Assembly: GCA_963804165.1 (NCBI GenBank)
Contig: CAWDPO010000043.1
Coordinates: forward strand, 1 to 64,000
DNA length: 64,000 nucleotides
Direction of reading: 5' to 3'
Origin: an uncultured delta proteobacterium
GTDB taxonomy: Bacteria; Desulfobacterota; Binatia; UBA9968
Made by a program: the position numbers and the translations under genes. The notes under the pieces are model-generated. The model saw only the letters and a program-made list of their open reading frames with translations. It was not told the origin of the DNA and did no database searches. The first letter of the stretch is position 1, and each line of letters opens with the position of its first letter. Shown here piece after piece: positions 39,343 through 50,839 of the stretch.

Positions 39343-40305
39343 CTACAGCTCGTCGCGTCCCACGAATTCGCGCAAGATATCCGTGTAGGTAATCATGCCG
39401 ATCACTTTGTCGTGTTCGTCCACTACCGGTAACCCGCCCACATGCCATCGCAACATCAACGCGGCCGCCTCTTTGAGCGTGGTCTCAGGCTTTACACTGA
39501 CGGGATCGAACACGGCCGCTTGCTGCACCGCGATCGACCAGAGCTGCACCGCGGCCTCCTCCTTGCTGACGAAGGCTAGGGACGGACGAATCAGGCGGAT
39601 ATCGCGGTCGGTCAGCATGCCGAGCAACTTCGCTTCGTCGTCCACTACCGGTAAATGGCGGTAGTGACCGTGTTCCATCTTCCAGATCGCGTCCTTGAGC
39701 GCGTCGCCCGGCTTGACGGTGGCCGGGTTCCTCGACATCCGCTCCTTCACCTTGGCCGCTTTCTTATCGCGGCGTCCTGACGCGGCCGACGGCATGACAA
39801 ACGGCATATGCTTGAGATATTCGCGTTCGAGATTTTCGTACTCCACCAGCTGGACGCGGCCCGAGGTGAGTATATCCTCGACCTCTCGTGATGCCGCCAC
39901 GCCCTGTTCGATCCAAAAAGTTGAAACACCGCGGTCGACCGCCGCGCGCGCCAGCTCGACGAAATCGATGCCCTCATTCGGATAGACTTGAACGATATCG
40001 ATCTTACCGGGAATATCGCGCAGCGTGCGGTAACAACGGAGTCCAAGAAAACTTTCTCGATCCGGAAAGACCGGGATGATTTCCAGGCTCAGCCCTAGAA
40101 GCCTTTCGACGGCGACAAAACTCGCGCTCTCCGGATCCACACTGGCGCCGATCACGGCAATCCGACGGCAATTTTCCAGGATCGCTTTTCGCTGGCGCCG
40201 TAGCAGATAAACTCTTCTGCTCAAATCTCCGGCCCAATACTGGTCGATTTGGTGATGGCGCATTTGGTCCGGGGTAATTTCGTTCTGAGTTTCAATTAGA
40301 GACAT
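39343..40305 (-). CDS. CoA-binding (YccU-like) domain fused to a CBS pair
   Basis: IAVIGASVDP..IPGKIDIVQVY..FWIEQG; RHLPVVD..GMLTDRD; GLPVVD..GMITYTD. Confidence 0.8.
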   Translation of the reverse strand: MSLIETQNEITPDQMRHHQIDQYWAGDLSRRVYLLRRQRKAILENCRRIAVIGASVDPESASFVAVERLLGLSLEIIPVFPDRESFLGLRCYRTLRDIPGKIDIVQVYPNEGIDFVELARAAVDRGVSTFWIEQGVAASREVEDILTSGRVQLVEYENLEREYLKHMPFVMPSAASGRRDKKAAKVKERMSRNPATVKPGDALKDAIWKMEHGHYRHLPVVDDEAKLLGMLTDRDIRLIRPSLAFVSKEEAAVQLWSIAVQQAAVFDPVSVKPETTLKEAAALMLRWHVGGLPVVDEHDKVIGMITYTDILREFVGRDEL

Positions 40306-40606
40306 AAGTTGCTCCCTTCGTTACTTGCAGCGAGTCCGCTCCGCTGTGAAGCTGGCATCGCTGATCGTAAAGAGAGCAAGAGACATACCAGCAAAAAGCG
40401 TAAGTTTTTGAGAGCGTAACCTTTGGTCGTTAGCAACTGTGATAAAATACAGTTTCTCTTTTGCAGTACTGCGAAGGCGCGACGATAATCGGAACACCTT
40501 CTAAATATAGCCAGTTTCGTCCGCTGAATAGCCGTCGATGCCATCGAGGGCGTCAGCGAATTCAGGAATTCTAAGCGTTGAACGGCCGTAGTTGAGAAGT
40601 GAATCT

Positions 40607-40765
40607 TCATGTTACCGGGTCTTCGTCTTTATCAGGACTCTTACGCCGAGACTCGACGTTACACGTGCCGGACATTCACGTCGGCACTCCGAAACGCGGT
40701 AACACCCAACGCATGAGCACCACATAGCCGATCAGAAAAACAATAAACCAAAACCAATCAGGCAT
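40607..40765 (-). CDS. Small single-TM peptide: 29 aa, or 52 aa as a candidate selenoprotein (UGA at 40676-40678)
   Basis: MPDWFWFIVFLIGYVVLMRWVLPRFGVPT-U-MSGTCNVESRRKSPDKDEDPVT*; AGGAAG RBS right after the glgP stop; hairpin at 40643-40659. Confidence 0.6.
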
Positions 40766-40777
40766 GGAGTCTTCCTT

Positions 40778-42475
40778 TCAAATATACGCCTTCAGTACAT
40801 ATTGCTGCAGCATGCGGTGCGTATTGAAGAACGAACCATTCAACGCGATCGCGTGCCGCATGACATCCAAAAAGCCATCGCGATCGTCGTAGTAGAGCGG
40901 CAAGACGATTTGCTCTAGTTTTTCATAAAGCGAAGCAGCATCGTTGCTGTGATTGGCCGCTGCAGACGCCGGCCCGTCCGACGGGCCCATCGACCAGCCA
41001 GTCACGCCTTCGATGCAACCTTCAATCCACCAGCCATCGAGCACGCTAAAGCTCGGCACGCCGTTCACCGCGGCTTTCATGCCGCTCGTGCCCGAAGCCT
41101 CCATCGGCGGCAGCGGCGTGTTGAGCCAGACATCGACGCCGGCGGCCATCATCTTGCCGATTTCCATGCTGTAGTTTGTCAGATAAGCGATCTTGATCTT
41201 GTCGCGCAGCACATCGCGCGCGTGAAATACCCGTTGAATTTGTTCCTTTCCGGCTTGGTCTTGAGGATGGGCTTTGCCGGCGTAAATAATCTGCAGACCG
41301 CCGCGCTGGCTGGCGATCGTCTTGAGCCGCGCTGGATCGGTGAACAACAAGTCGGTGCGTTTGTAGGTGGTGGCGCGTCGCGCAAAACCGATCGTGAGCA
41401 CGTCGGAGTCCATCCCGGCGTTGCTTTCGAGATTGACGTGGTGGAGCAACTGCTTCTTGGCATTCGCGTGCGCCCGCCAAATTTCCTGCGTCGGAATGCT
41501 TAACGCATACCGCAGGCTGCAGTTGTCCTGGCGCCAGCCGGGAACATAGCGATCGTAAAGCTGTGCGAATGAGTCGGCCGCCCAGGTCGCGGCGTGAATG
41601 CCATTGGTGATCGCATCGATGGTGTAGCCGGCGAACATGAGTCTCGATACTTCACCATGTTTTTTGGCGACGCCGTTTACGTAGTGGCTCAGATTGAGCG
41701 CCAGATAGGTCATGTTCAAAAGATCGCCGCAACAAAACACGTCGCGCATTTCGTAAACGTCGCGCCGTCCGAGAACGCGATTGACTAGATCCATCGGAAA
41801 CTGATCCTGCCCGGCTGGCACCGGCGTATGCGTCGTAAAGACGCATTTTTTTCTTACCGCCTCAACATCATCGTGAGTTATAGCCGCCCTACCAGCCGAC
41901 TGCGCCACCTCATCCAAGAGTTCCAGCGCGAGCAGGCTTGAATGTCCTTCGTTCAGATGAAAGCGCTCCAGCTCGTTGAAACCCAATGCTCGCAGCATTC
42001 GCACGCCGCCGATCCCAAGAATGACTTCCTGGCACAGCCGATAATGCTGATCACCGCCGTAAAGGTAGTGCGTCAACGTGCGATCCCACTCGGAATTTTC
42101 CGGCACGTCGGCATCGAGGAAGTAAACCGGTACGGTGAAATCGCCGGGGCCTGCTACGTCGTATTTCCATGCCCGTAGAATCACCGTGCGCCCTTCAATG
42201 ATCACCGACACTCGCTGTGGCAGCTCAGTGAGAAAATCATCCACCGCCCAATCCACCGGCTCTTCGATCTGCCGGCCACTGTTATCCAGGCGCTGGTAAA
42301 AGTAGCCCTTTCGATGGAGTAACGTCACCGCCACCATTGGAACTTTGAGATCGGCGGCGGCGCGAACGGTATCGCCCGCCAGCACGCCAAGCCCGCCGCT
42401 ATAAGTCGGCATATCGGACACGATGCCGATCTCCATCGAAAAATAGGCGATTGTGCGCCGGTCAGCTTGTGCCAT
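40778..42475 (-). CDS. glgP: Alpha-glucan (glycogen/maltodextrin) phosphorylase
   Basis: [18 protein letters not shown]; HLNEGH; [10 protein letters not shown]; [11 protein letters not shown] (PLP lysine). Confidence 0.93.
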   Translation of the reverse strand: MAQADRRTIAYFSMEIGIVSDMPTYSGGLGVLAGDTVRAAADLKVPMVAVTLLHRKGYFYQRLDNSGRQIEEPVDWAVDDFLTELPQRVSVIIEGRTVILRAWKYDVAGPGDFTVPVYFLDADVPENSEWDRTLTHYLYGGDQHYRLCQEVILGIGGVRMLRALGFNELERFHLNEGHSSLLALELLDEVAQSAGRAAITHDDVEAVRKKCVFTTHTPVPAGQDQFPMDLVNRVLGRRDVYEMRDVFCCGDLLNMTYLALNLSHYVNGVAKKHGEVSRLMFAGYTIDAITNGIHAATWAADSFAQLYDRYVPGWRQDNCSLRYALSIPTQEIWRAHANAKKQLLHHVNLESNAGMDSDVLTIGFARRATTYKRTDLLFTDPARLKTIASQRGGLQIIYAGKAHPQDQAGKEQIQRVFHARDVLRDKIKIAYLTNYSMEIGKMMAAGVDVWLNTPLPPMEASGTSGMKAAVNGVPSFSVLDGWWIEGCIEGVTGWSMGPSDGPASAAANHSNDAASLYEKLEQIVLPLYYDDRDGFLDVMRHAIALNGSFFNTHRMLQQYVLKAYI

Positions 42476-42486
42476 CGTCAAATCTT

Positions 42487-42834
42487 TCATGTCGCGGCTC
42501 GCGCCCGGCTTGCGCTTGACGCCTCATGGTTTGCCGGACTGTCATGCCGATGTACGCTGGCGAGATATTTCATACAGCCGGAAAGCCCGCGCCAATCGAC
42601 GACCAAATGCGCGATAGTCATCGCGATTGCGATAAAGCTAAACCAGCCGTGCAGCTCGCCCCACTCGCGTTTGGGGAGTTCGAAGAGCAGCAATCGAAAC
42701 CCTGAACGCGGTCCGTGAGGAACTAGCCAAAGCAAAAACCCGGAGATTGTGACGAGTCCCCAGACCACCATCATGGCTAGAGCGATAACGGCTCGAGCGT
42801 AGGTTCGGAAATTCAATGAAGCTGATTTTCCCAT
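42487..42834 (-). CDS. DUF4405-family membrane protein
   Basis: SGFLLW..P; WGELHGW..HLVVDW. Confidence 0.7.
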   Translation of the reverse strand: MGKSASLNFRTYARAVIALAMMVVWGLVTISGFLLWLVPHGPRSGFRLLLFELPKREWGELHGWFSFIAIAMTIAHLVVDWRGLSGCMKYLASVHRHDSPANHEASSASRARAAT

Positions 42835-42856
42835 GAGCTATCCTCTATCGAAAATT

Positions 42857-42872
42857 CGCACAGCCCGTGCCA
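42857..42872 (-). promoter_or_regulatory. Putative sigma-54 promoter upstream of DUF4405-glgP
   Basis: TGGCACGGGCTGTGCG (GG-N10-GC). Confidence 0.45.
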
Positions 42873-43102
42873 GTGGCACGAATAGAGGATTTTTCAGAAA
42901 TTGTGGCGGCTTTGCGAAATTTCCTCTAATGGATTCGCGGCAATGAGAAGATAAGGCTGCTGCTGGAAGAAAACACACAGCTTGCCGCAAAAACCCACGC
43001 CGATCTCGAAGCATTTCACCCACAAAGTTAGGGGCATATATATTGCTCATTTCAATGATGAGATTCAGTCAACGAGTTCTCACAGCAATCAGGGAGTCAA
43101 TC

Positions 43103-44487
43103 GTGGCGCAACTGGATCATGGGAACAGTCTGAAGTCTAAGCGCGAACGCGTGCTGATTCTCGGCGCGGCCGGGAGAGACTTTCACACGTTCAACGTTTG
43201 TTTTCGCAACGATCCGAACGTCGAGGTCGTCGCATTCACGGCCGCGCAAATTCCTGGGATCGAGAGCCGCCGATATCCCTCGTCATTAAGTGGCCCGCTT
43301 TATCCGGACGGCATCCCGATCTATCCGGAAGAAGATTTGGAAAAGCTCATCCGCGAGCAGCATGTTCATCAAGTGATCCTTGCCTACAGCGATCTTTCCC
43401 ATGTCGCCGTCATGCATCTCGCTTCGCGGGCCTTGGCCTGCGGCGCGGATTTTCGCCTCATCGGCCCGGATCGTAGCTCTCTTTCTTCAATCCGACCGGT
43501 AATCTCGGTTTGCGCCGTGCGCACTGGCTCCGGCAAAGACTCCGTGATCCGGCGAATCGCCGCGCTTTTGCGCGGGCGCAATCTACGCCCCGTTGTAGTG
43601 CGCCATCCGATGCCCTACGGCGATCTGGCTCTACAAGCCGTGCAGCGTTTTGCCACGGTTGAAGACTGTGACCGTCACCACTGCACGATTGAAGAACGCG
43701 AGGAGTACGAGCAACATATCAATGAAGGCGTCGTGCGTTTATGCCGGCGTCGATTACGCGCGCATCCTCGCGGCAGCCGAACAAGAAGCCGACGTCATTC
43801 TTTGGGACGGCGGCAATAATGATTGGTCATTTTTCAAATCGGATCTGGAGATTGTTCTGCTCGATCCGCATCGCGCCGGTCATGAGTTGCTCTATCATCC
43901 CGGCGAAACCAATTTTCGCCGGGCGCAAGTATTGATCGTCAACAAGATGGATTCGGCGCCGGTCGACGGCGTCGAGCAAGTCATGGCCAACGTAGCGGCG
44001 GTAAATCCGTCAGGCCACCGTGATTAAAGCGCGCTCAAATATTACGGTCGATAAGCCAGAGATCATCAGGGGCAAAAGAGTCCTGGTGATCGAGGATGGC
44101 CCGACCTTGACCCACGGCGAAATGGCCTACGGTTCCGGAACGATCGCGGCGCAACAGCATGGCGTCGCTGAAATCGTCGACCCCAAACCCCATGCCAAGG
44201 GAAGCTTGGTCGAGACCTTCAAAAAATTTCCTTGGGTCGGCAGAGCGCTCCCGGCCATGGGTTACTCCCCGGGGCAGCTCGAAGATCTCGCCGCGACCAT
44301 CCGTGCCACGCCGTGCGACAGCATCGTCGTGGCGAGCCCGGTCGATTTGGCCCGGCTCATTTCGCTGCCGAAGCCTTCCTGCCACGTATGCTACGATCTT
44401 GAAGAAATCAGCCGGCCGAATTTGTCCGGAGTTATGGAGGTCTTCTTGCGTCTCCAAGCACACCCGCTGCAAAGATCGAAGCGATGA
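43103..44487 (+). CDS. Cyclic 2,3-diphosphoglycerate synthase-like P-loop protein, two frameshifts
   Basis: GAAGRDFHTFN, AVRTGSGK, RHPMPYGDL, TIEEREEYE, WDGGNND, EDGPTLTHG. Confidence 0.8.
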
Positions 44488-47030
44488 TCTCGGCAGCCAA
44501 TTTCGAAGCCACAAGCGGCCGTGGGCTCAGCAGTGAAGAAGCGCGGCAGAAGCTCGTCCGAGATGGCTACAATGAATTGCCCTCAGCAGCCCGGCACAGG
44601 ACACTCGTTATCGCGCTCAGGGTCGCGCGCGAGCCGATGTTTTTGCTGCTCATCTTCAGCACGCTGATCTATCTCATCCTCGGCGATGTGCGCGAGGCGT
44701 CGATTCTATCTCTCTCGTTAATCGTCATTTTCACCATCACCATTTTCCAAGAACGAAAAACCGAGCGCGCTCTGGAAGCCCTGCGCGACTTGTCGAGCCC
44801 GCGTGCCCTAGTGATCCGTGACGGCGAAGAAAAACGTATCGCGGGGAGGGAAGTCGTCTCCGATGACACGGTCATTCTCACCGAAGGCGACCGCGTTCCG
44901 GCCGATGCGGTGATCCTCTCCTGCAACGATCTCATGGTAGATGAGTCGCTGCTGACCGGCGAATCCATGCCGGTTCGCAAGATCGCGTGGGAGGGCGTTC
45001 AGCAGGTCACTCGGCCGGGAGGTGACGATCTGCCGTTTGTTTATTCCGGCACGATGCTTATCCAGGGTCGCGGCGTCGTGCGCGTCACCGCGACCGGAAC
45101 GCGAACCGAACTCGGCAAGATCGGCAAAGCGCTCCAATCCGTCGAAACCGACGAAACCTTCCTGCAAAAGAAATCCACCGTCATGATCCGCAACTTTGCC
45201 GCCGTCGGCCTGGCGCTGTGCGCGCTGGCTGTAGTGCTTTACGGCTTGAGCCGTGGCAATTGGCTCCAGGGCTTTTTGGTCGGTATCGCGCTGGCGATGT
45301 CGCTGCTTCCTGAAGAAATTCCGGTGGTGTTGACGGTCTTTCTCGCCATCGGCGCCTGGCGCATGTCACAAAAAAACGTCTTGACCCGGCGCATGCCGGC
45401 CATCGAAGCCCTCGGAGCCGCCACGGTGCTCTGCGTCGACAAAACAGGTACCCTGACACTCAACCGAATGTCCGTGAGCCGACTCTTCGCCGACGGTGAG
45501 TTTTACGAAGTCGATGAAGCTGAACCCCGCGCGCTGCCAGGGCGATTCCACGAGCTGGTGCGCTTTGCGGTGTTGGCCAGTGAAACCGAGCCCTTCGATC
45601 CCATGGAGAAAGCATTCATAGCGTTGGGCGATCGCTATCTCGATCCACGGGGAATAACGAGAAATGGACGCTAGTTCACGAGTATTCCATCAAACCGGAG
45701 TTGCTCGCGCTATCCCATGTCTGGAAGGCACCAAGACGCGACGAATACGTGATCGCCGCCAAAGGAGCGCCCGAGGCGGTCGCCGATCTCTGTCACTTCA
45801 GCGACGAGCTGATGACCGCACTGTCGGGACATGTCGATGCGATGGCCGGTAACGGCTTGCGTGTCCTCGCGGTGGCCAAGACGAGTTTCGCCGGTGAGCG
45901 CTGGCCAAAGAGTCAGCACGATTTTGATTTCGAATTTTTGGGTCTCATTGGCTTGGCCGACCCGCTTCGTCCCGAAGTTCCGAGCGCGATCAAAGAATGC
46001 CACGAAGCCGGCGTGAACGTCGTCATGATCACAGGGGATTATCCCGCCACCGCGCGGGCGATCGGTCGCAAGATCGATCTGCCGCTCGAACGGGAGCTTA
46101 TGATCGGCACCGACATTGACCGGCTATCTCAGGGGGAACTGCGCCGGCGCATCGCCGGAGCATCGATTTTTGCGCGCGTCCTGCCTGAACAAAAACTCGC
46201 CTTGGTGGAAGCCTTCAAAGCCAATGGTCAGGTCGTGGCGATGACCGGCGACGGAGTGAATGACGCGCCGGCGCTCAAAGCCGCCCATATCGGCATCGCC
46301 ATGGGCGGGCGCGGCACCGACGTGGCGCGTGAAGCCGCTTCGTTGGTGCTGCTCGACGACAATTTCGCCACTATCGTCGAAGCCATTCGGTCTGGCCGAC
46401 GGATTTTCGATAACATTCAAAAGGCGATGGGCTTTATTTTTTCCATTCATGTGCCGATCGCGGGCCTGGCGTTGCTGCCGTTGCTCCTCGATTGGCCTCT
46501 CATACTCACTCCGGTGCACATCGTGTTTCTTGAGTTAATCATCGATCCGGCTTGTTCCATCGCTTTCGAAGCCGAGCCCGCGGAGGTTAACGTGATGGAA
46601 CGCCCGCCGCGCAATCCAAACGCGCCACTTTTTGGCATGGGCCAGATCGTTTTTAGTCTATTCGAAGGATTCATCAGCTTGCTCGCCATACTTTTGGTGT
46701 TCGGCTTTTCTCTTTACCGCGGTTACGGCGAAGCCGAGGTGCGTATACTCACATTCGCGACCTTGGTGATCACAATGCTAGGACTCATCCTCGTCAATCG
46801 CTCACACTCGCAAAACCTGTGGAGCGCTCTGCGCTTGCCGAATCGCGCTGTGTGGTGGGTTGTCGGGGGAGCGTTAAGCTTTTCTCGCCGCAGTCATTTA
46901 CATTCCGCAAGCCCGCGAGATATTCCGCTTCGCCCCATTGCCGTGGACTGATTTGATGATTCCGATTGGCGCGGCTGGCCTCGCCGTTTTCTGTCTGGAG
47001 ATTGCCAAATTCTTGCGGCGCGAAGGATAA
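44484..47030 (+). CDS. Cation-translocating P-type ATPase (type II-like), frameshifts near 45660 and 46880
   Basis: LTGES, PEEIP, DKTGTLT, KGAPE, MITGD, TGDGVNDAPALK. Confidence 0.9.
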
Positions 47031-47337
47031 CTTTCAGACACAGTCGGGACTGACCTTGCCCTCAAACAGTTTGCAGGCGACTCTAAATATCGCCGTTTTC
47101 TGTTGCAGGCTTGCCGAAGGCTATGTTTATATAACCGAGCGCAAATTACCCGTTGAGGCGCCCCGGGGTTTATAAACTCGACGGCATCTGAATTATTAAA
47201 CAATTTGTAAATTCGCTGGTGGGTATCGAGATTTTACGGATTGTCCTGCTGTGATTCACAGACTTCACTAGCCCATTTGTAAAGTAGTTCTAAAGATCGG
47301 GCACTGACACAGTTCATTAAAACGGAGGTGTCAAGTC

Positions 47338-49728
47338 ATGGCGCGAGAACCTATGCCAATTTCGTCTCTTTGGTTCCAAGGAGCGATGTTGACTTATATC
47401 CTCGGATTTACCGTTCTCGGCCTGCTCGCCTATCTGGTCTACCGCGACCAACCGCCGATGCCCGCAAGAGTCGTGGCGGGTGAAAAGATCGTGTTTGTTC
47501 GCGGCGATATTCTCGGCGGCATGAATGTCTTCCAGCGCTACGGATTGATGGAGTATGGCTCCGTGTACGGTCATGGGGCTTATCTGGGGCCTGATTTTAC
47601 CGCCGAGTACCTTCACAAGAGCGCCGAGTTTCTTGTCGCGGCTTATGCCGGCGTGCTGACAGGCGGCCTTTCGGCGCGCGAGCGGGTTGCGGCAGAGCTG
47701 CACAAAAATACCTACGATCCGAATGAAGATTCGCTCGTCTGGACTGCGCAAAGAGCAGCGGCACACAAAATGATGGAGGATTACTACCGCTCGATTTTTT
47801 CTGCAAAACAAACACGGGGCGGCGCACAAGCCGAATGGATTACGAATCCGGAAGATATTCGCAAACTCACCGCGTTCTTTGCTTGGACTGCTTGGACCGC
47901 GGCAGCCAATCGTCCGGGACACTCCTACTCATACACCAATAATTGGCCCCCGGAGCCGCTGGCGGGTAATTTTATTACCGCCGATGCCATTACCTGGAGC
48001 GTGATTTCCATCATCGGACTGTTGGGAGGGACCGGGCTCATCCTGTATTTTTTCGGCCGTTACGATTGGCTCGGCTGGAGTGAAACAGGGAGTAAACCGG
48101 TGCAATTCCGTTCCATCGATCAAGTGGCGGTTACGCCGGCACAGAGAGCCATTGTATGGTTCCTCTTCGTGTCTTCATTGCTGTTCGTCTTGCAAACTTT
48201 GACCGGTGGACTAATCGCGCACTATCGCGCCGAGCCGGAAGGATTTTTCGGCATCGATTTTTCAGCGATTCTGCCTTTTAACATCGCTCGCACCTGGCAC
48301 GTCCAGCTGGCAATTTTTTGGGTCTCGGCCTCCTACCTTGCAACCGGAATTTTCATCGTGCCCCTGATCGCGGGGCGCGAGCGTTCCGGCCAAGCGGCGC
48401 TTACAATCCTGCTTCTCATCGCTGTTGCGATTGTGGTCTTCGGCAGTCTCGCGGGCGAGTATGTCGGCGCACGCGGTTGGTTAGGCGAGGGATTGTGGTT
48501 TTGGCTGGGTCATCAGGGCTGGGAATATCTCGACCTCGGCAGGCTCTGGCAGATCCTGCTCGTCGTAGGTCTTTTCCTTTGGGTCTTTATATTGTTTCGC
48601 GGTCTGCGTGGGACGCTGCGCGAGCAACACTTCGGCAACATGCCCTGGTTGCTCTTCTACGCCGCCCTCGCGATTCCCGCCTTCTACGCCGTAGGTTTGC
48701 TTGCAAGCCCTCGTGAAGGGTTCGTAGTCAATGATTTCTGGCGCTTTTGGGTAGTGCATCTCTGGGTCGAAGATTTTCTCGAGCTATTTACGACAGTGGT
48801 CGTCGCTTACATGTTCGTGTTACTCGGAGTCGTGCGCCAAGCGACTGCCCTGCGCGTGATCTATTTAGATATTATTCTCTACTCTCTCGGCGGCGTCATC
48901 GGCACCATGCATCATCTGTATTTCAGCGGCACACCGGTGGCGCATCTCGCTCTCGGCGCGACTTTCTCTGCTATGGAGGTGATCCCGTTGCTGCTCCTGT
49001 CCCTCGAGGCCTGGTCATTTATAAAATCCGGGGAACAGAAGACCACCGAACGCTATCATCTCCACCGCTGGGCCGTCTGGTTTCTGGTGTCGGTGGGTGT
49101 GTGGAATTTTCTCGGCGCCGGGGTGTTTGGATTCCTAATCAATCTGCCGGTGGTAAGTTACTATGAAATCGGCACCGCGCTCACGGCCAATCACGGCCAC
49201 ACCGCGATGATGGGAGTTTATGGCATGCTGGCCGCCGGGCTATTGCTCTTCTGCTTGCGTTACTTGACCCGTCCCGAAAGGTGGAGCGATCGCGCGGCTA
49301 AAATATCTTTTTGGTCTTTGAATATCGGCTTGGCATGGATGGCATTTGTGAATCTTTTTCCGCTCGGCATTGTCCAGCTCTATTACGCCGTGGATATTGG
49401 CTACTGGTACGCGCGGAGTTTGGCGTTTATCAATTTGCCCTGGGTTAATGTTCTCGAATGGGCGCGCCTGCCCGGCGACGCTCTCTTTATAATCGGCGGG
49501 GCTTTGCCACTGGTATGGCTCTGCTGGCAGGCGCTGCGTTATCCGAACCCGCGTCGAATTGAAGCGGAGACCGAGTTGCCGCGGAGCTCTATACTTTCGA
49601 GTCCGACCGCGAGCAAGTTTAACCCAGCGAATCGCACGTTTCATCGGAGAGCAACGGCCGCTCTGGTACTGGGATGGCTACCCTTCGATGCGCGATTGTC
49701 CAGAGAGAACTTAATGCGGCAATCTTAA
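47338..49728 (+). CDS. norB: Quinol-dependent nitric oxide reductase (qNor); true stop probably near 49622
   Basis: GHGAYLGPDFTA, YTNNWP, RTWHVQL, EYLDLGR, VHLWVE, GTMHHLY, HGHTAMMGVYG. Confidence 0.93.
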   Translation: MAREPMPISSLWFQGAMLTYILGFTVLGLLAYLVYRDQPPMPARVVAGEKIVFVRGDILGGMNVFQRYGLMEYGSVYGHGAYLGPDFTAEYLHKSAEFLVAAYAGVLTGGLSARERVAAELHKNTYDPNEDSLVWTAQRAAAHKMMEDYYRSIFSAKQTRGGAQAEWITNPEDIRKLTAFFAWTAWTAAANRPGHSYSYTNNWPPEPLAGNFITADAITWSVISIIGLLGGTGLILYFFGRYDWLGWSETGSKPVQFRSIDQVAVTPAQRAIVWFLFVSSLLFVLQTLTGGLIAHYRAEPEGFFGIDFSAILPFNIARTWHVQLAIFWVSASYLATGIFIVPLIAGRERSGQAALTILLLIAVAIVVFGSLAGEYVGARGWLGEGLWFWLGHQGWEYLDLGRLWQILLVVGLFLWVFILFRGLRGTLREQHFGNMPWLLFYAALAIPAFYAVGLLASPREGFVVNDFWRFWVVHLWVEDFLELFTTVVVAYMFVLLGVVRQATALRVIYLDIILYSLGGVIGTMHHLYFSGTPVAHLALGATFSAMEVIPLLLLSLEAWSFIKSGEQKTTERYHLHRWAVWFLVSVGVWNFLGAGVFGFLINLPVVSYYEIGTALTANHGHTAMMGVYGMLAAGLLLFCLRYLTRPERWSDRAAKISFWSLNIGLAWMAFVNLFPLGIVQLYYAVDIGYWYARSLAFINLPWVNVLEWARLPGDALFIIGGALPLVWLCWQALRYPNPRRIEAETELPRSSILSSPTASKFNPANRTFHRRATAALVLGWLPFDARLSRENLMRQS

Positions 49729-50160
49729 TCGAAGAAATTCGCCGATGACGATGGCGGCGGGATAAAGGACTTCTTCTTCAGTCTGCGCATGCAGCATTAA
49801 CTTCTCCCCAAACCGCGCGTGCTCCGGCAGTTTTTCCCTCTTGGCCGCAGCGATTAACTTCTTCAACGCCGCCACTACGGCTCGATGCTCCCGAAGCATA
49901 TCGGGTAGCTCCGCCTTTAGCCGATCCGTCATGATCAGAACGGAGCGCATTCGTCGATCGACTTTGCCGCGCGCCAGCCGCGCTAATAGACCGATTGGCG
50001 GCAAGGCAAATTCTTCTTCCTTGAGAAAATGATTATGGAGAATTTTGGCCACGGCTTTCGCCGCCTCGCCCGTCTTACCTCCAGCTTTTGTCGCATGGAC
50101 AAGTTCCGCGTGCAGTTCTTGGTGTTCGATTCTCAGCGGTTCAGGGATAGCAAGTTTCAT
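49711..50160 (-). CDS. Hemerythrin/HHE-domain protein
   Basis: EH..LH, HFLKEEE, EH, HAQTEEEVLYP. Confidence 0.8.
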   Translation of the reverse strand: MKLAIPEPLRIEHQELHAELVHATKAGGKTGEAAKAVAKILHNHFLKEEEFALPPIGLLARLARGKVDRRMRSVLIMTDRLKAELPDMLREHRAVVAALKKLIAAAKREKLPEHARFGEKLMLHAQTEEEVLYPAAIVIGEFLRLRLPH

Positions 50161-50172
50161 TTCTATAACCTC

Positions 50173-50661
50173 CTAGATCGTAGCCGGCTTTTGCCGATGT
50201 GCGGCGAGTCGCTTCGATGATATGCGGGCCATCGACGTTTGGCACAACTCTTACGTCGGGAGCCTCGCGCAACTGGCGCAAAATCTGCTCGGCATTGGCT
50301 CCCGCCAATTCTTCGCATTGATCGTACATACCACCCGGATCTTCCTCGAGCGGATTATGGCGCTCAAGAATTGCCAGAATCGCACTGACCATCTGCACGG
50401 TCGGCGAAGGCACGAGCAAGACGGCCAACGCACCGTGATCAAGGCGCAGTTGGCCGCGACAGGAAGCGGTTCGCCGCCGCGCAGCTTTTGCGCCGCTGGA
50501 AGAAGCACCTTTTCCTCCATACCGATGTGCTTGAGTAAACCCGCGCGGAATTGGGCGTAAGCCGAAGCATCAATATTTTCCGAGTCGGACATGGCGCGCT
50601 CGAGCAGGGCATCGAGACGCCGGTGATCGCCGGTGAGATAGCGGTAGATTTTCCCAGGCAT
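50173..50661 (-). CDS. Hemerythrin-domain protein, copy A (frameshifted)
   Basis: DHRRLD, KHIGMEEKVL, HNPLEE. Confidence 0.75.
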
Positions 50662-50839
50662 GCTCCTTTGCATCAGGCCGATCTTGGCATCTGCATCGAA
50701 GCCGGCATCATGAGCTTTCTTTTGATTGAGCTGCTGAAGCTGAAACAAACATAATTCGTACAGCGGCATCACTCGTGATTACCGAACCGCTTAGCCAACT
50801 CCACGGCGCAGGCGTCGGCTGCGCAACGAAGGCGCTCCG

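Noticed and set aside
44484-47030. Heavy-metal P1B (CopA-type) ATPase
   Set aside because: It has PEEIP instead of CPC/CPH, no HP motif and no metal-binding domain, consistent with type II.
47338-49728. Nitric oxide dismutase (Nod) instead of qNor
   Set aside because: The canonical VHLWVE and GTMHHLY non-heme iron ligands are retained, without the substitutions typical of Nod.
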